A stretch of 64,000 bases of DNA from the NCBI GenBank assembly GCA_963663385.2, contig CAXXXD010000004.1, positions 192,001 to 256,000 of the forward strand. The letters run 5' to 3'. The notes under the pieces are model-generated. The model saw nothing but the letters and a program-made list of their open reading frames with translations, was not told the origin of the DNA and did no database searches. Origin of the DNA: Oceanispirochaeta sp. Its GTDB lineage: Bacteria; Spirochaetota; Spirochaetia; DSM-2461. Made by a program: the position numbers and the translations under genes. Shown here piece after piece: positions 26,334 to 37,885 of the stretch (the first letter of the stretch is position 1; every line of letters starts with the position of its first letter).

Positions 26334-27680
26334 TCAGGCCGTAGCTGATACTTTTTCCTTTCTTCCGGCAGACAGAAAAAAATACACAATTGTACAGATT
26401 AAAAGAACCATGCAGTAGTGGACGTTGGATGCCACAGCAATGGGAGAGATCCCGAAGATAGATGCTGCAAGCAGGAGCTGGGCTCCCCAGGGGATCAGTC
26501 CCTGACAGATACAGGAAAAAATATCCAGTGTTCCCGCGGCTTTTTTCGGTTCAACCCCATTCTTACGGGCAATGCTCCTGGCTACACTTCCTGTAACCAG
26601 TATGGTAACCGTGTTATTAGCGGTACAGAGGTTTGTCAGAAAAGCCAGAACACCGATACCGATTTCTGCGGCAACTGTATTTTCCCTGCCGAAGGAAAGG
26701 CGGTTGATCGCTGCGGTTACGGTTTTTTCCAGAGCGAGAAGCCCCCCCTGTGCCTTGAGCAGTTCAGCCAGGCCCCCAATGAAAATCGAAAGGATGAATA
26801 TTTCCTGCATACCCGTAAAACCATTATAAATTTCTTTTGCCATGACAAGAAGGGTAAAGTCGGGCGTCCTGATAAAACCGACAATCCCGGCCATAATGAT
26901 CCCGGAAATCAGCACGGCGAACACATTGATCCCGGACACTGCCATTACAAGTATGGCAAAGTAGGGAACAGCCAGGAGGAATGAAACAGGTTTTGCTCCT
27001 GTAACAGTTGAGCCTTCCGACAGAAAGAGGAGCAGAATAACCGTAATAACTGCCGCCGGGATGGCAATGGCAGCATTAACCTTGAATTTATCTTTCATCT
27101 CGCAGCCCTGAGTTCTTGTGGCGGCAATTGTGGTATCGGAAATAATGGAGAGGTTGTCTCCGAACATGGCGCCTCCCGTTACAACTCCCGCTGTAAGCGG
27201 TATGGAGAGACCCGCTTCCCCGGCAATGGCAACGGCTATGGGGGCAAGGGCGGCGATGGTCCCCATGGAGGTTCCCATGGCGGTAGAGATCAGGGCTCCC
27301 ACAATAAAGAGTCCGGGCAATAGAAAAGAGGAGGGGATTATGTTGGTTGTCAGTGTTACAACCGCCTCTACGCCTCCTGTCGCCTTGGCGACAGAACTGA
27401 ATCCTCCGGCCAGAAGGTAGATCATACACATGGCCATGATGTTGCTGTGACCGGCTCCCGTCAGAAATGTTTCTATTGTCGAGTTCAGTCTCTTTCTTCC
27501 TGCCATCAGGACGGCCAGTATAATGGCGGGGAGAGCGGCAACGGGGGCGGCAATCTGATAGAAGGCGAAATCGGTTCCGATGCTCTGAAAATAGATCCCG
27601 CTGCCTACGAATATGGTTAGAAATAGTCCCAGAGGGAGAAGCGCCGTCAGACGCGGCCGGATTATATTGTCGTTGTTCAA
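26334..27680 (-). CDS. NhaC-family transporter (possibly amino-acid/methionine uptake)
   Basis: TTG start at 27680 after GAGGT; 'STAMGTSMGTI', 'GAMFGDNLSIISDTTIAATRTQG', 'TANNTV', 'IPWGAQLL'. Confidence 0.85.
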   Translation of the reverse strand: MNNDNIIRPRLTALLPLGLFLTIFVGSGIYFQSIGTDFAFYQIAAPVAALPAIILAVLMAGRKRLNSTIETFLTGAGHSNIMAMCMIYLLAGGFSSVAKATGGVEAVVTLTTNIIPSSFLLPGLFIVGALISTAMGTSMGTIAALAPIAVAIAGEAGLSIPLTAGVVTGGAMFGDNLSIISDTTIAATRTQGCEMKDKFKVNAAIAIPAAVITVILLLFLSEGSTVTGAKPVSFLLAVPYFAILVMAVSGINVFAVLISGIIMAGIVGFIRTPDFTLLVMAKEIYNGFTGMQEIFILSIFIGGLAELLKAQGGLLALEKTVTAAINRLSFGRENTVAAEIGIGVLAFLTNLCTANNTVTILVTGSVARSIARKNGVEPKKAAGTLDIFSCICQGLIPWGAQLLLAASIFGISPIAVASNVHYCMVLLICTIVYFFLSAGRKEKVSATA

Positions 27681-27979
27681 TCTGAATACCTCGGTAGTGT
27701 TAATTTGCCTGTTTTTATTAAAAAACCGCTTCATAGTATCCGAAAGGGGAATTTGTATAAAGATCATTCCTAATGAAGTTTTGAAACTGTTTTTTTTTAC
27801 TTGAATCGGAATCCTGTTTTAAGAAAAGTGGGATATATAGGGTTAAGCTCGGATAATGAGAATTGAAAATTTTTTAAAAAACTGTTTCTCTGGATTTATA
27901 CATGTCAGGATCTTCCTGCAACTATACAAGTGGTCAGGGAGTGGAAACAGTAATCCGGTAGAAGTTGCTCAGTTTCAGC

Positions 27980-29227
27980 TTAATAAGGTGTCTCTACATG
28001 GCTGTTATCGGGGAAATCAGCACAAAGGAGAAAGTGTTTCTTTTCTCTGATAAATGCTTTGGAAAGGGTAATACAGGATTCCCCGGATGCCTGGGATATA
28101 TAGGGCGCCGATATCTGAAGTCTCTGCTTGCCCTCCGGTTCAAAAAAATAGGGTTTTAAGGAGTGGTCCGTTCCTTTCCGGGCCGGCTGAAACAGAAAAT
28201 GTTTATTCTGGTATTCCTTGTAAATGGTTATGGTTTCGCCTGTCTGTATCCCGTCCCGGTTGAGAATATACAAACAGTCGATCTCTTTTGTTCTGATAAG
28301 ATAATCCTTCAGGATGCTCTCTTCATCAGTTTCTGCGGCAATCAGTGCTCTGCAAATCTGTTCAACCACTTTTTCATAATGGAGCATCCTTTTTCGGGAA
28401 GATTGCCTTTTTCTGATTAATTGCGCTTTATACCTCTTTCTTTCGGATAGAATTTTACTCTGTGATACCTCTTTTATGGTCCTGAAGGATGGATTGGGGC
28501 GGCAGAAGTGGAACCCCTGAATCAGTTCGGCTCCCAACTCCAGGCATTTCTGGGTCTCGCGTCTGTTTTCTACTCCCTCCGCCAGGGGGATGGCGCCAAT
28601 ATCATTTGCCAGACGGATAAGGGATTCAAATACTTTCATTTTGTAGTAGTCATCCTGTATGTCCTGCACCAGAGATCTATCCAGTTTGAGAATATCCGGT
28701 TTGATCAGGGCAATCCTTTCCAGATTGGAAAATCCGACTCCTACGTCGTCAAGAGCTATCAGGAAATCCGATTTGCGGCAGTATTCGAAAAACATCAGGA
28801 TCTCTTTTTCCATTTCCAGATTGTCTTCCAGGATCTCCAGCACCACCTGCCTGGATGATATGCCTGTTCTGTCCAGTAAGTTCAACAGCCTGTCGATCGA
28901 CTTTCTGCCTTTCTGTACAAAGGAGGAACTTATATTGATAAAAAGGAGGGTTCTGGGGTCACAGCTCTGATGAACAAATGATTCGGCTGCTTTTCTGATT
29001 AAAATCCAATCCAGGGCTAACAGTTCATTCGTTGTTTCAAACCGGGAGATAATTTCCTGTATGCTGGAGTAATTTTCATCACTGCTATATCTATAGCGGC
29101 TTAATGCTTCAAGGGCAACGATTTTTTCGTTTTTAATGGATATGATCGGTTGAAAGTAAGTTACTATATCCAGAGATATTTTCAGGTTTTCAACCCATGG
29201 GTTCTTAATAATAGTATTATATTCCAT
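27980..29227 (-). CDS. EAL c-di-GMP phosphodiesterase with C-terminal sensor (YkuI/Cache-like) domain
   Basis: 'YFQPI', 'EALSR', 'LFINIS', 'LEILE', 'ALDDVGVGFSN', 'LKLDRS', 'AEGVE', 'IQGF'; C-terminal 'DHSLKPYF...SAPYISQASG'. Confidence 0.9.
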   Translation of the reverse strand: MEYNTIIKNPWVENLKISLDIVTYFQPIISIKNEKIVALEALSRYRYSSDENYSSIQEIISRFETTNELLALDWILIRKAAESFVHQSCDPRTLLFINISSSFVQKGRKSIDRLLNLLDRTGISSRQVVLEILEDNLEMEKEILMFFEYCRKSDFLIALDDVGVGFSNLERIALIKPDILKLDRSLVQDIQDDYYKMKVFESLIRLANDIGAIPLAEGVENRRETQKCLELGAELIQGFHFCRPNPSFRTIKEVSQSKILSERKRYKAQLIRKRQSSRKRMLHYEKVVEQICRALIAAETDEESILKDYLIRTKEIDCLYILNRDGIQTGETITIYKEYQNKHFLFQPARKGTDHSLKPYFFEPEGKQRLQISAPYISQASGESCITLSKAFIREKKHFLLCADFPDNSHVETPY

Positions 29228-29489
29228 TCTTTAGAAATAGCAATAATCATGCCATAAAGAAGTTTTCCTGTCTGGCAGACATGTAGATCAATGAGAAGGG
29301 AATCTTATTGTATAGTTTTTTAAGTAAACACATAAATGTCGCATTATGCCTCTTGAAATAACGGATATGTAGGATTTTTTTTAATGCTTCTGCTGACCAG
29401 AGAATCGATTGTGGTGATGATTGTGTAGTCCCTGCAGAATTTACAGTGAGTTAACATTTCTTTTGGAATTTTGATATATAATTCCTGGT

Positions 29490-29699
29490 ATGAGTAAAAT
29501 CTGTGAGTATTGTGAAAAACTGGATCTTGTCAGTTTGCTGGAAGAACCTGCTTCTGTGGATTCATCCCTGGCAGACAGGCTGGTACGCTATTACTGTCAG
29601 AATCCGGAAACAGATCAGAATTACTGTCCCTATTGGGGGGATAAAGATAAGTGTATTTACCACAAAATGCTTTCTTTTAATCAGGCAGTATTAAAGTAG
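29490..29699 (+). CDS. Small Cys-rich hypothetical protein (69 aa)
   Basis: ORF with CEYC plus three further Cys; TATAAT lies 7 nt upstream of the ATG. Confidence 0.5.
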   Translation: MSKICEYCEKLDLVSLLEEPASVDSSLADRLVRYYCQNPETDQNYCPYWGDKDKCIYHKMLSFNQAVLK

Positions 29700-29972
29700 G
29701 CAATGTAAGTTTGTTTTTAGCTTTAGAAGCTCTTATCTATAAAATTCTCTTGCATTTATGTTTCTTTAAAAATATTCAATGGTTTTCCTTTTGCAGATGA
29801 ATGACGATATCATTTATACTCTATGGAGCACTACTGTCTGCAATTAAAAACCATCTTCTTCAAAGGCCAATTACTTTTAGTTGATTTATTATTTTGTGTC
29901 AAAACTATCATTCATCTATTTAAAAAATAAAACATAACATAAATACTGCTATTTATAGGTATTAATCATATT

Positions 29973-31009
<1,037 letters not shown>

Positions 31010-31027
31010 TGGATTTATAGTATTTTC

Positions 31028-31060
31028 AGCACCCTCCTCTCTGATGGGAGGGTGTTTTTT
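31028..31060 (+). terminator. Stem-loop after the SBP gene (terminator or mRNA stabiliser)
   Basis: CACCCTCC...GGAGGGTG followed by TTTTTT. Confidence 0.65.
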
Positions 31061-31071
31061 CAGGAGCCAAT

Positions 31072-31749
31072 ATGGATTTCAAGATTTATAAAAAAGCCGT
31101 TTTATTTTTAATAGTTTTCTTTTCTTTTTTATCCTGTACAGTTGTCAGGCATGATGATCAGGCAAAATCAAGTGAAAACGAAGTGACATTTTATTTTGAA
31201 GATGAGTCTTTCGATGCGGCTTCTTATGTAGAGGAAAACTGGGGAACTAGAATTCTTCCTGAGATAAAAGAAGGTGCCCGGAATCTTGAAGAGCTGATTA
31301 GTGAATTAAAATCTGATCCTTCAAAGACATCTGAGCAATCCGGAATTCGAAAAGAGGACACGTCGCCCTATAGTTTCATGGTCAAGGGACAATTTAAAAT
31401 TCAGGAAGTGAACAGGGAATCTTCAGCGGGAATCATGACATTGGATATTCCGGATATTTCTGAGGACGGTAACTGCAGGGTACAGATAGGTCCGGTTATT
31501 AAAAAGAGCATGATCCGGGACTCTCTGGAATTTATCAAATTCGGGGATTTCAGCAATCAGATCGAATTTGCCAATATATCAAGGGAAATCAATTTCTATG
31601 TGAGAGATAATATAGTCAATGAAATTGATGATTTATGGGAAACCGGGAAGACTGTTGACCTTTATGGCGTTTTCACGATGGATGATACCGGTGCGGTTCT
31701 CATTACACCTGTAATGATTGAACTTTTAGATGGAGATAACAATGAGTGA
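31072..31749 (+). CDS. DUF2291 family lipoprotein
   Basis: Lipobox 'FLSC', 'FDAASYVEENW', 'VQIGPVI...IRD', 'FGDFSNQIEFA'; usually found with apiose/polyol ABC systems. Confidence 0.85.
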   Translation: MDFKIYKKAVLFLIVFFSFLSCTVVRHDDQAKSSENEVTFYFEDESFDAASYVEENWGTRILPEIKEGARNLEELISELKSDPSKTSEQSGIRKEDTSPYSFMVKGQFKIQEVNRESSAGIMTLDIPDISEDGNCRVQIGPVIKKSMIRDSLEFIKFGDFSNQIEFANISREINFYVRDNIVNEIDDLWETGKTVDLYGVFTMDDTGAVLITPVMIELLDGDNNE

Positions 31750-33289
31750 CTCTGTAATTCTCAGAGCAGAAAATATAAGGAAAGTATACCCTGGAACAAT
31801 AGCTTTAAAAGGAGTGGATTTTAACGTTTATGAAGGTAAAGTGAATGTACTGGTTGGTGAGAACGGCGCTGGAAAATCCACTTTGATGAAAATTCTTTCG
31901 GGGGTGGAAATCCCAACTAGCGGTCATTTTTATTTGAACAATGAGGAATTGACTCAGCTAACACCGAAAAGTGCAGCAGAGAAGGGTATTGGGATTATTT
32001 ATCAGGAACTCAATCTTTTTCCTAATCTTAATGTGGCAGAGAATATTTTCACCAATAGGGAAATTATGAAAAATCGCGGATGGATCGACCATAAAGCCCA
32101 AGAGGATAAAGCAAGGGTGCTCCTTCAAAGGCTGGAGCAGGATATCGATCCTAAAGAGATGGTTAAGAATCTTAAGGTTGGTCAACAACAGGTTGTGGAA
32201 ATCGCCAAGGCATTTGCCGAAGAAGTGAACATTCTGATTATGGATGAACCAACATCGGCTCTTTCAAAAACAGAAGTAGATGTATTGTTCAAGATTATTG
32301 ATGAATTAAAAGCGGCAGGAGTTTCCATCATCTATATTTCTCATCGTCTGGAGGAGCTGATCCAGATAGGAGATTACATTACTGTATTGAGGGATGGAAG
32401 TCTTATAACGGAAAAGCCCATGAGTGAAGTTAATCTTCAATGGATTGTCAATTCAATGGTTGGGGGGGACAGCGGTGAAATCTTTCATTCAGGTGACCGT
32501 TATATAGGTAATACCATACTGGAAGTAAAAAATCTGGGGCTTCAGGGGCCTACGGAAGAACCCCTTCTTAAAAATGTCAGTTTTAATGTCAAGAAGGGAG
32601 AAGTTCTGGGGATATATGGGCTTCTGGGAGCTGGGCGCTCCGAGACTCTAGAATCCATCATGGGCCTTCATGAAGAGGCTTATGGAGAAATCCTGCTGGA
32701 TGGCGAAGCTCTTGGATATCCGGATATTCGAAGCAGGATTAGAAAGGGGATAGCACTGGTTCCTGAAGATAGGCAGAGAGAAGGCCTCGTACAGACGATG
32801 AGTGTTTCTCATAATTTAACTCTGGCCGGATTGTGGAGAATCGTTAAGAGAAAGATCCACATAGGCAGTGAAAATGAAATGGGCAGTGTTGAAAAAATGT
32901 TCAAGGGGATGTCCATAAAAGCAGCTAATCCTCTTGTTTCCATAACATCTCTGAGCGGAGGGAATCAGCAGAAAGTCGTTTTTGGGAAAAGTCTTTTAAC
33001 GAATCCTAAAGTGCTTCTTCTTGATGAACCTACCAGAGGTATCGATGTCGGGGCAAAAGGAGAGATCTTCAATATCATGAATGATCTTGCCAGAGAAGGT
33101 CTGGCAATTATTCTTGTGACTTCGGAGTTAAAAGAAATTATGGCGATCTGTGACAGGGTTATTGTTTTGTCCAAAGGAAATGTTACAGGAGAATTTTCTA
33201 AAGAGGAGATCACAGAAGAGTCTCTAGTTAATGCTTCCGCCGTGGGGCATATGACTACATCTCTGAGAGCGAAAGGAAAGGTATCATGA
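31742..33289 (+). CDS. Sugar ABC transporter ATP-binding protein (RbsA-like, two domains)
   Basis: GENGAGKS, MDEPTSAL, VPEDRQREG, LSGGNQQK, LDEPTRGIDVGAK. Confidence 0.95.
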   Translation: MSDSVILRAENIRKVYPGTIALKGVDFNVYEGKVNVLVGENGAGKSTLMKILSGVEIPTSGHFYLNNEELTQLTPKSAAEKGIGIIYQELNLFPNLNVAENIFTNREIMKNRGWIDHKAQEDKARVLLQRLEQDIDPKEMVKNLKVGQQQVVEIAKAFAEEVNILIMDEPTSALSKTEVDVLFKIIDELKAAGVSIIYISHRLEELIQIGDYITVLRDGSLITEKPMSEVNLQWIVNSMVGGDSGEIFHSGDRYIGNTILEVKNLGLQGPTEEPLLKNVSFNVKKGEVLGIYGLLGAGRSETLESIMGLHEEAYGEILLDGEALGYPDIRSRIRKGIALVPEDRQREGLVQTMSVSHNLTLAGLWRIVKRKIHIGSENEMGSVEKMFKGMSIKAANPLVSITSLSGGNQQKVVFGKSLLTNPKVLLLDEPTRGIDVGAKGEIFNIMNDLAREGLAIILVTSELKEIMAICDRVIVLSKGNVTGEFSKEEITEESLVNASAVGHMTTSLRAKGKVS

Positions 33290-34362
33290 AAAACTTAAAA
33301 AACGGGAATATTTCAATAGGAATGGTTCTCCTGAAGTTAAGAACCATAATTGCATTGGTATTGTTGACAGCTGTATTTACGATTTTGGTTCAATCATATA
33401 GGGGGATTAATTTTCTTCATCCACTGAATCTTATTACCATATCCAAACATGTGGCAATTACGGGAATCATGGCTATCGGTATGACTTTTGTTATCATCAC
33501 CGGAGGAATTGATCTTTCTGTGGGATCAATTGTGGGGTTGTGTGGAATGATTGCCGGTGGCTTGATTCATGAAGGGCTTGTGCTGAATATGTTTGGAATA
33601 ACAATCTATTTCCATGTTTGGGTGATTCTTCTGATAACCCTTGTTTTGGGAATTCTTTTGGGAGGGATCAACGGGCTTCTCATTACCAGACTGAATGTCG
33701 CTCCATTTATTGGAACGCTCGGGATTATGTATATTGCACGAGGATTTGCCAATATTCGTTCCGGGGGAGCTACATTCCCGAATCTTCAAGGTAAGGCAGA
33801 ACTCGGAAATACGGGTTTTACTGTTTTGGGAGCAGGTAAAATCGCAGGAATTCCATTCTCCATCTGGCTTATGATTGTGTTGCTCTTAATAGCTCTTTAT
33901 GTTTCCAAAAAAACGCCTTTGGGCAGACATATATATGCTATCGGGGGAAATGAAAGGGCTGCCGAGCTTTCGGGTGTGCAGGTTAAAACCGTTACGACTC
34001 TTGTTTATATGTTTTCCGGGTTCTGTTCGGCTCTTGTGGGGCTTATTATTTCCAGTCAGTTGGTAGCAGCACATCCGGCTACTGGTGAGAGTTATGAAAT
34101 GAATGCCATCGCAGCTGCTGTCCTGGGAGGGACTTCTCTTTTGGGAGGAATCGGGACTGTAGGAGGAACGATAATTGGTGCATTTGTAATTGGCGTTTTA
34201 AGCGATGGACTTGTTATGCTGGGAGTATCGGAATTCTGGCAGAATGTAATCAAGGGTCTGGTTATCCTTGCGGCAGTAATACTCGATCAGACTCAGCAAA
34301 GCATGAATGCCAGATCCACGGAAGCTAAAGATAAAAAAGCACGAAAGGAGAAGGCCGCATGA
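33286..34362 (+). CDS. Sugar ABC transporter permease (RbsC-like)
   Basis: 'IITGGIDLSVGS', 'GRHIYAIGGNERAAELSG', 'YEMNAIAAAVLGGTS'. Confidence 0.95.
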   Translation: MKNLKNGNISIGMVLLKLRTIIALVLLTAVFTILVQSYRGINFLHPLNLITISKHVAITGIMAIGMTFVIITGGIDLSVGSIVGLCGMIAGGLIHEGLVLNMFGITIYFHVWVILLITLVLGILLGGINGLLITRLNVAPFIGTLGIMYIARGFANIRSGGATFPNLQGKAELGNTGFTVLGAGKIAGIPFSIWLMIVLLLIALYVSKKTPLGRHIYAIGGNERAAELSGVQVKTVTTLVYMFSGFCSALVGLIISSQLVAAHPATGESYEMNAIAAAVLGGTSLLGGIGTVGGTIIGAFVIGVLSDGLVMLGVSEFWQNVIKGLVILAAVILDQTQQSMNARSTEAKDKKARKEKAA

Positions 34363-35774
34363 ATAAAAAAAATATAACTTTCGGCGTAATTGTAGGAACC
34401 AGAGGATTCTTCAATCCCCAATTGGCCGCTTCCGGCAGGAAAGAGATTCTGTCGGTTCTAAATAAAAAAGGTTATAAATCTGTAATACTTGATGAGGAAG
34501 CAACGCCCACAGGTGTTGTGGAGGGTTATCAGGATGCCAAACTCTGTGCCAGCCTTTTCCGGAAGAATAGAGATATAATAGATGGGATTCTTGTTATTCT
34601 TCCCAATTTTGGAGATGAAATCGGGGTTGTAAATACCTTGAAGCTGGCTGATATGAATGTTCCTGTTCTGGTGCAGGCTTCCAACGATCAGAATGATAAA
34701 GTCGATGTGCTGCATCGCAGGGATGCTTTCTGTGGGAAGATTTCTGTCTGTAATAATCTTTATCAGTACGGAATTCCATTTACAAATACGACTATGCATA
34801 CCTGTGATATTCTTTCTGAGGAATTTGACTCGGACCTTGATCGGTTTGCTGCGGTTTGCCGTGTTGTCTCGGGAATTAAAAAAGCCCGGATTGGTGCAGT
34901 CGGCGCAAGACCGGCCGCATTTCAGACCGTAAGGTTCAGCGAGAAACTCCTTCAGGACTCTGGCATTACAGTTGTTCCGGTTGATCTTTCAGAGATCATT
35001 TTCGATTCGGAAGCATTGGGTGACGAAGAAGCGATTGTGAAGGAAAAACTCTCTGCTATTCACGATTATGGGAATGTTGAAAGTCATATCCCTGATGAAC
35101 AGGTCGTAAGGCAGGCTAAGCTCTCTGCTGTAATTGATCAATTTGTAGAAGAGCATGAACTGGATGCAACAGCAATCCAGTGTTGGGAGAGTATTCAGAA
35201 TAACTATGGATGTGCCACCTGTCTTTCTATGAGCATGATGGGAGAAGCCGGATACCCTTCCGCCTGTGAAATGGATGTTGCCGGTTCTGTCTCAATGTAC
35301 ATTCTCAGGCTAGCGGCTGAAACTGCGTCGGGGTTTCTGGATTGGAACAATAACTTTGATTACGGGAATAATACATGTGTCTGTACCCATTGCAGCAATT
35401 ACCCGGCAAGCTTTATGGGCAATCCCCTTAAAATCGGACAGTTGGATATTCTGGGAAATACATTAGGGCAGGATAAATGTTTTGGAGCAGTGAAAGGAAA
35501 AGTCGCTCCCGGAAAAATGACCTATTTTCGTGTTTCAACTGATGATCGAAATGGAAAGATTAAAGCCTATGGCGGTGAAGGCGAATTTACAAGTGATACG
35601 TATGATATGGATGGCGGCATAGCTGTTTGCAAAGTTCCGGAACTGGGACGTGTGATGAATCATATCTGTAGGGAAGGATTCGAGCATCACGTCGCTATGG
35701 TTAGGGGAGAAGTCATTGATATTGTTCAGGAGGCTCTTGAACGTTATCTGTGTTGGGAGTTTGTCAGATTCTGA
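34359..35774 (+). CDS. L-fucose/L-arabinose isomerase-like protein
   Basis: 'LPNFGDE', 'RRDAFCGKISV', 'AIQCW', 'ACEMD', 'HCSN', 'GFEHHVA'. Confidence 0.85.
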   Translation: MNKKNITFGVIVGTRGFFNPQLAASGRKEILSVLNKKGYKSVILDEEATPTGVVEGYQDAKLCASLFRKNRDIIDGILVILPNFGDEIGVVNTLKLADMNVPVLVQASNDQNDKVDVLHRRDAFCGKISVCNNLYQYGIPFTNTTMHTCDILSEEFDSDLDRFAAVCRVVSGIKKARIGAVGARPAAFQTVRFSEKLLQDSGITVVPVDLSEIIFDSEALGDEEAIVKEKLSAIHDYGNVESHIPDEQVVRQAKLSAVIDQFVEEHELDATAIQCWESIQNNYGCATCLSMSMMGEAGYPSACEMDVAGSVSMYILRLAAETASGFLDWNNNFDYGNNTCVCTHCSNYPASFMGNPLKIGQLDILGNTLGQDKCFGAVKGKVAPGKMTYFRVSTDDRNGKIKAYGGEGEFTSDTYDMDGGIAVCKVPELGRVMNHICREGFEHHVAMVRGEVIDIVQEALERYLCWEFVRF

Positions 35775-35983
35775 TTAAATATATCAGGGGGAGGCATGTA
35801 TTGGGAACGCCAGATATATTGGATGGAACAGAAACGTATCTGTCTCTCCCTGAAAGGAGAGTAGGGAGGTAAAGAGAGCTATTCGGTAGAAATCATATTG
35901 ATAAAGAGGTTTATCACTTTTCATTTTGATTGTTTCTCTTTATCTTGTATGAGAAAATATAAAAAAACAATTGGGAAGAATAA

Positions 35984-36745
35984 ATGCTTGCAAATGAGAG
36001 AAGGATGAAAATCCTTGAGTTAATCCAGGAAGATGGTAGCGCACGTGTAAAGAATCTCAGCGATATGTTTAATGTTACCGAGCCCACAATACGCCAGGAT
36101 CTGGAGAAACTGGAAGCTGAAGGGCATGTCATTCGGGAACATGGCGGTGCTTATTTGAGAACGATGTCACAGCAGGTGAAAACTCTATCTTTGCAGCATA
36201 CGAATAATCTTGAACAGAAAAGGAAAATTGCCGAAAAAGCATTAACCTTCATTGAAGATGGGGATAGTATCATTCTTGATTCAGGTTCAACCGTTACAGA
36301 ATTGGCCAAGTTGTTGGACTCAAAACAGAATTTAACTGTTATTACAAATGCTCTTAATATAGCTTTGGCCTTAGGGACCAATCCTTCATGTCAGTTACTT
36401 GTTACAGGAGGGGAGTTTAAGCCGCCAACCCTTTCTTTGACGGGTGAAAAGGCTGCCGCGTTTTTCAAAGATGCCTATGTGGATAAGCTTTTTCTGGCTA
36501 CAGGGGGCATCTCACCTAATCTGGATTTAACTTACCCCGGGTTTAATGATCTATCTGTTAAGAAATCAATGATTGAATCAGCCGGGCAAACCTTTCTGCT
36601 GGCAGATTCTTCAAAATTTGATAAAGCTTCTTTTGCATCCCTCGGTAAGCTCTCTCTGGTGGATTATCTGATAACTGATCATGAGATAACTGCAGAAATG
36701 AAAAACCGGATAAATGATTTAGGTGTCAAAGTCATAATAAGCTGA
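35984..36745 (+). CDS. DeoR/GlpR family transcriptional regulator
   Basis: 'ERRMKILELI', 'VTEPTIRQDLEKL', 'HGGA', 'ILDSGST', 'LADSSKF'. Confidence 0.95.
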   Translation: MLANERRMKILELIQEDGSARVKNLSDMFNVTEPTIRQDLEKLEAEGHVIREHGGAYLRTMSQQVKTLSLQHTNNLEQKRKIAEKALTFIEDGDSIILDSGSTVTELAKLLDSKQNLTVITNALNIALALGTNPSCQLLVTGGEFKPPTLSLTGEKAAAFFKDAYVDKLFLATGGISPNLDLTYPGFNDLSVKKSMIESAGQTFLLADSSKFDKASFASLGKLSLVDYLITDHEITAEMKNRINDLGVKVIIS

Positions 36746-36850
36746 GAATACTTCCCTTTTTTCTTCACGTTAGATCTTTTCTCATGAATATCCTCCGTAT
36801 GGCAATTTAGCTCTTGTACAAAATATCCTGGTGTTAGAAATTTTCAAAAA

Positions 36851-36915
36851 AAACGAAAATAAAAGAAAACAAAAGAAAATATATATTTGACATATATTTG
36901 GTTTTGGGTTATATT
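36851..36915 (+). promoter_or_regulatory. Promoter with three 10-bp tandem repeats (same putative DeoR operator as at 29973)
   Basis: AAACGAAAAT-AAAAGAAAAC-AAAAGAAAAT (36851-80); TTGACA (36887), 17 bp, TATATT (36910). Confidence 0.75.
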
Positions 36916-37051
36916 TTGTGTATCGGATATGTTTTAATGTTTTCGTAATGATTTCTATTATTTGTGTTTTTTGGTAACAGGCAGATTATATGCTGATCGT
37001 AATCGCGGGAACAATAACAGGAAATTTTATTTCTTTAATAGGGTAGTAAAT

Positions 37052-37885
37052 ATGGATAAAGAAAAATTTTTAACAAAAAAAGCGGCTGAAATAAGACGGG
37101 ACCTGCTGCATGTTATCTACAATGCCAGAGCTGGTCATACGGGGGGATCCCTTTCCAGTGTCGATATATTGACCGTTTTATACTATAACACCCTCAGAAT
37201 TGACCCGGCTAATCCAAAAGAGCCCGACAGAGATCGTTTTGTGTTGAGTAAAGGGCACAGTGTAGAAGGATATTATACCATTCTGGCGGACAAAGGATTC
37301 TTTTCAAAGGAAGAACTGAAAACATTCTCTACGTTCAAGTCCCGCCTGATCGGGCACCCTTCTGTTAAGGTTCCTGGTGTAGAACTGAATACAGGAGCCC
37401 TTGGGCATGGCCTTTCCTGCTCCGTCGGTATGGCATTGGCTGCCAGGATAGACAAGTTGGACACCCGGGTATTCTGTCTGATGGGAGACGGAGAACAGGC
37501 AGAAGGTTCGGTATGGGAAGCTGCTATGGCCGGTCCCAACTACGGGCTTGAAAACCTGACCGCCATTACTGACAGGAATCATCTGCAGATAAGCGGAAAT
37601 ACCGAAAATGTTATGAAGCTGGAAGCTCTGGCAGATAAATGGCGAGCCTTCGGCTGGGATGTCAGGGAAGTGGATGGTCATGATATCAAAGCCCTGATGG
37701 AAGTCTTCGACGGCCCCCGGAAAAAGGATACCCCCATGATGGTTATTGCCGAAACAACCAAAGGGAAAGGTGTCAGCTATATGGAAGATGAGGCAAAATG
37801 GCATCATGGTGTTCCAACAGAAGAACAGTTTAGTCAGGCAATTGGCGAAATAGAAAAGTTTATCAGGGAGATGGAGGCGTCATGA
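37052..37885 (+). CDS. Transketolase N-terminal subunit (apulose-4-phosphate transketolase AptA-like)
   Basis: 'GHTGGSLS', 'RDRFVLSKGH', 'TGALGHG', 'GDGEQAEG', 'TTKGKG', 'WHH'; start ATG 37052. Confidence 0.9.
   Translation: MDKEKFLTKKAAEIRRDLLHVIYNARAGHTGGSLSSVDILTVLYYNTLRIDPANPKEPDRDRFVLSKGHSVEGYYTILADKGFFSKEELKTFSTFKSRLIGHPSVKVPGVELNTGALGHGLSCSVGMALAARIDKLDTRVFCLMGDGEQAEGSVWEAAMAGPNYGLENLTAITDRNHLQISGNTENVMKLEALADKWRAFGWDVREVDGHDIKALMEVFDGPRKKDTPMMVIAETTKGKGVSYMEDEAKWHHGVPTEEQFSQAIGEIEKFIREMEAS

Noticed and set aside
27681..27980. SAM or lysine riboswitch, or T-box, upstream of the NhaC-family transporter
   Set aside because: I could not find the conserved cores on the minus strand by eye; an Rfam scan would settle it.
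35785..35853. Imperfect long-loop inverted repeat after the isomerase gene as an ncRNA
   Set aside because: TCAGGGGGAGGCA/TGTCTCTCCCTGA pairing is visible, but there is no recognisable family; it is more simply a terminator or stabiliser.
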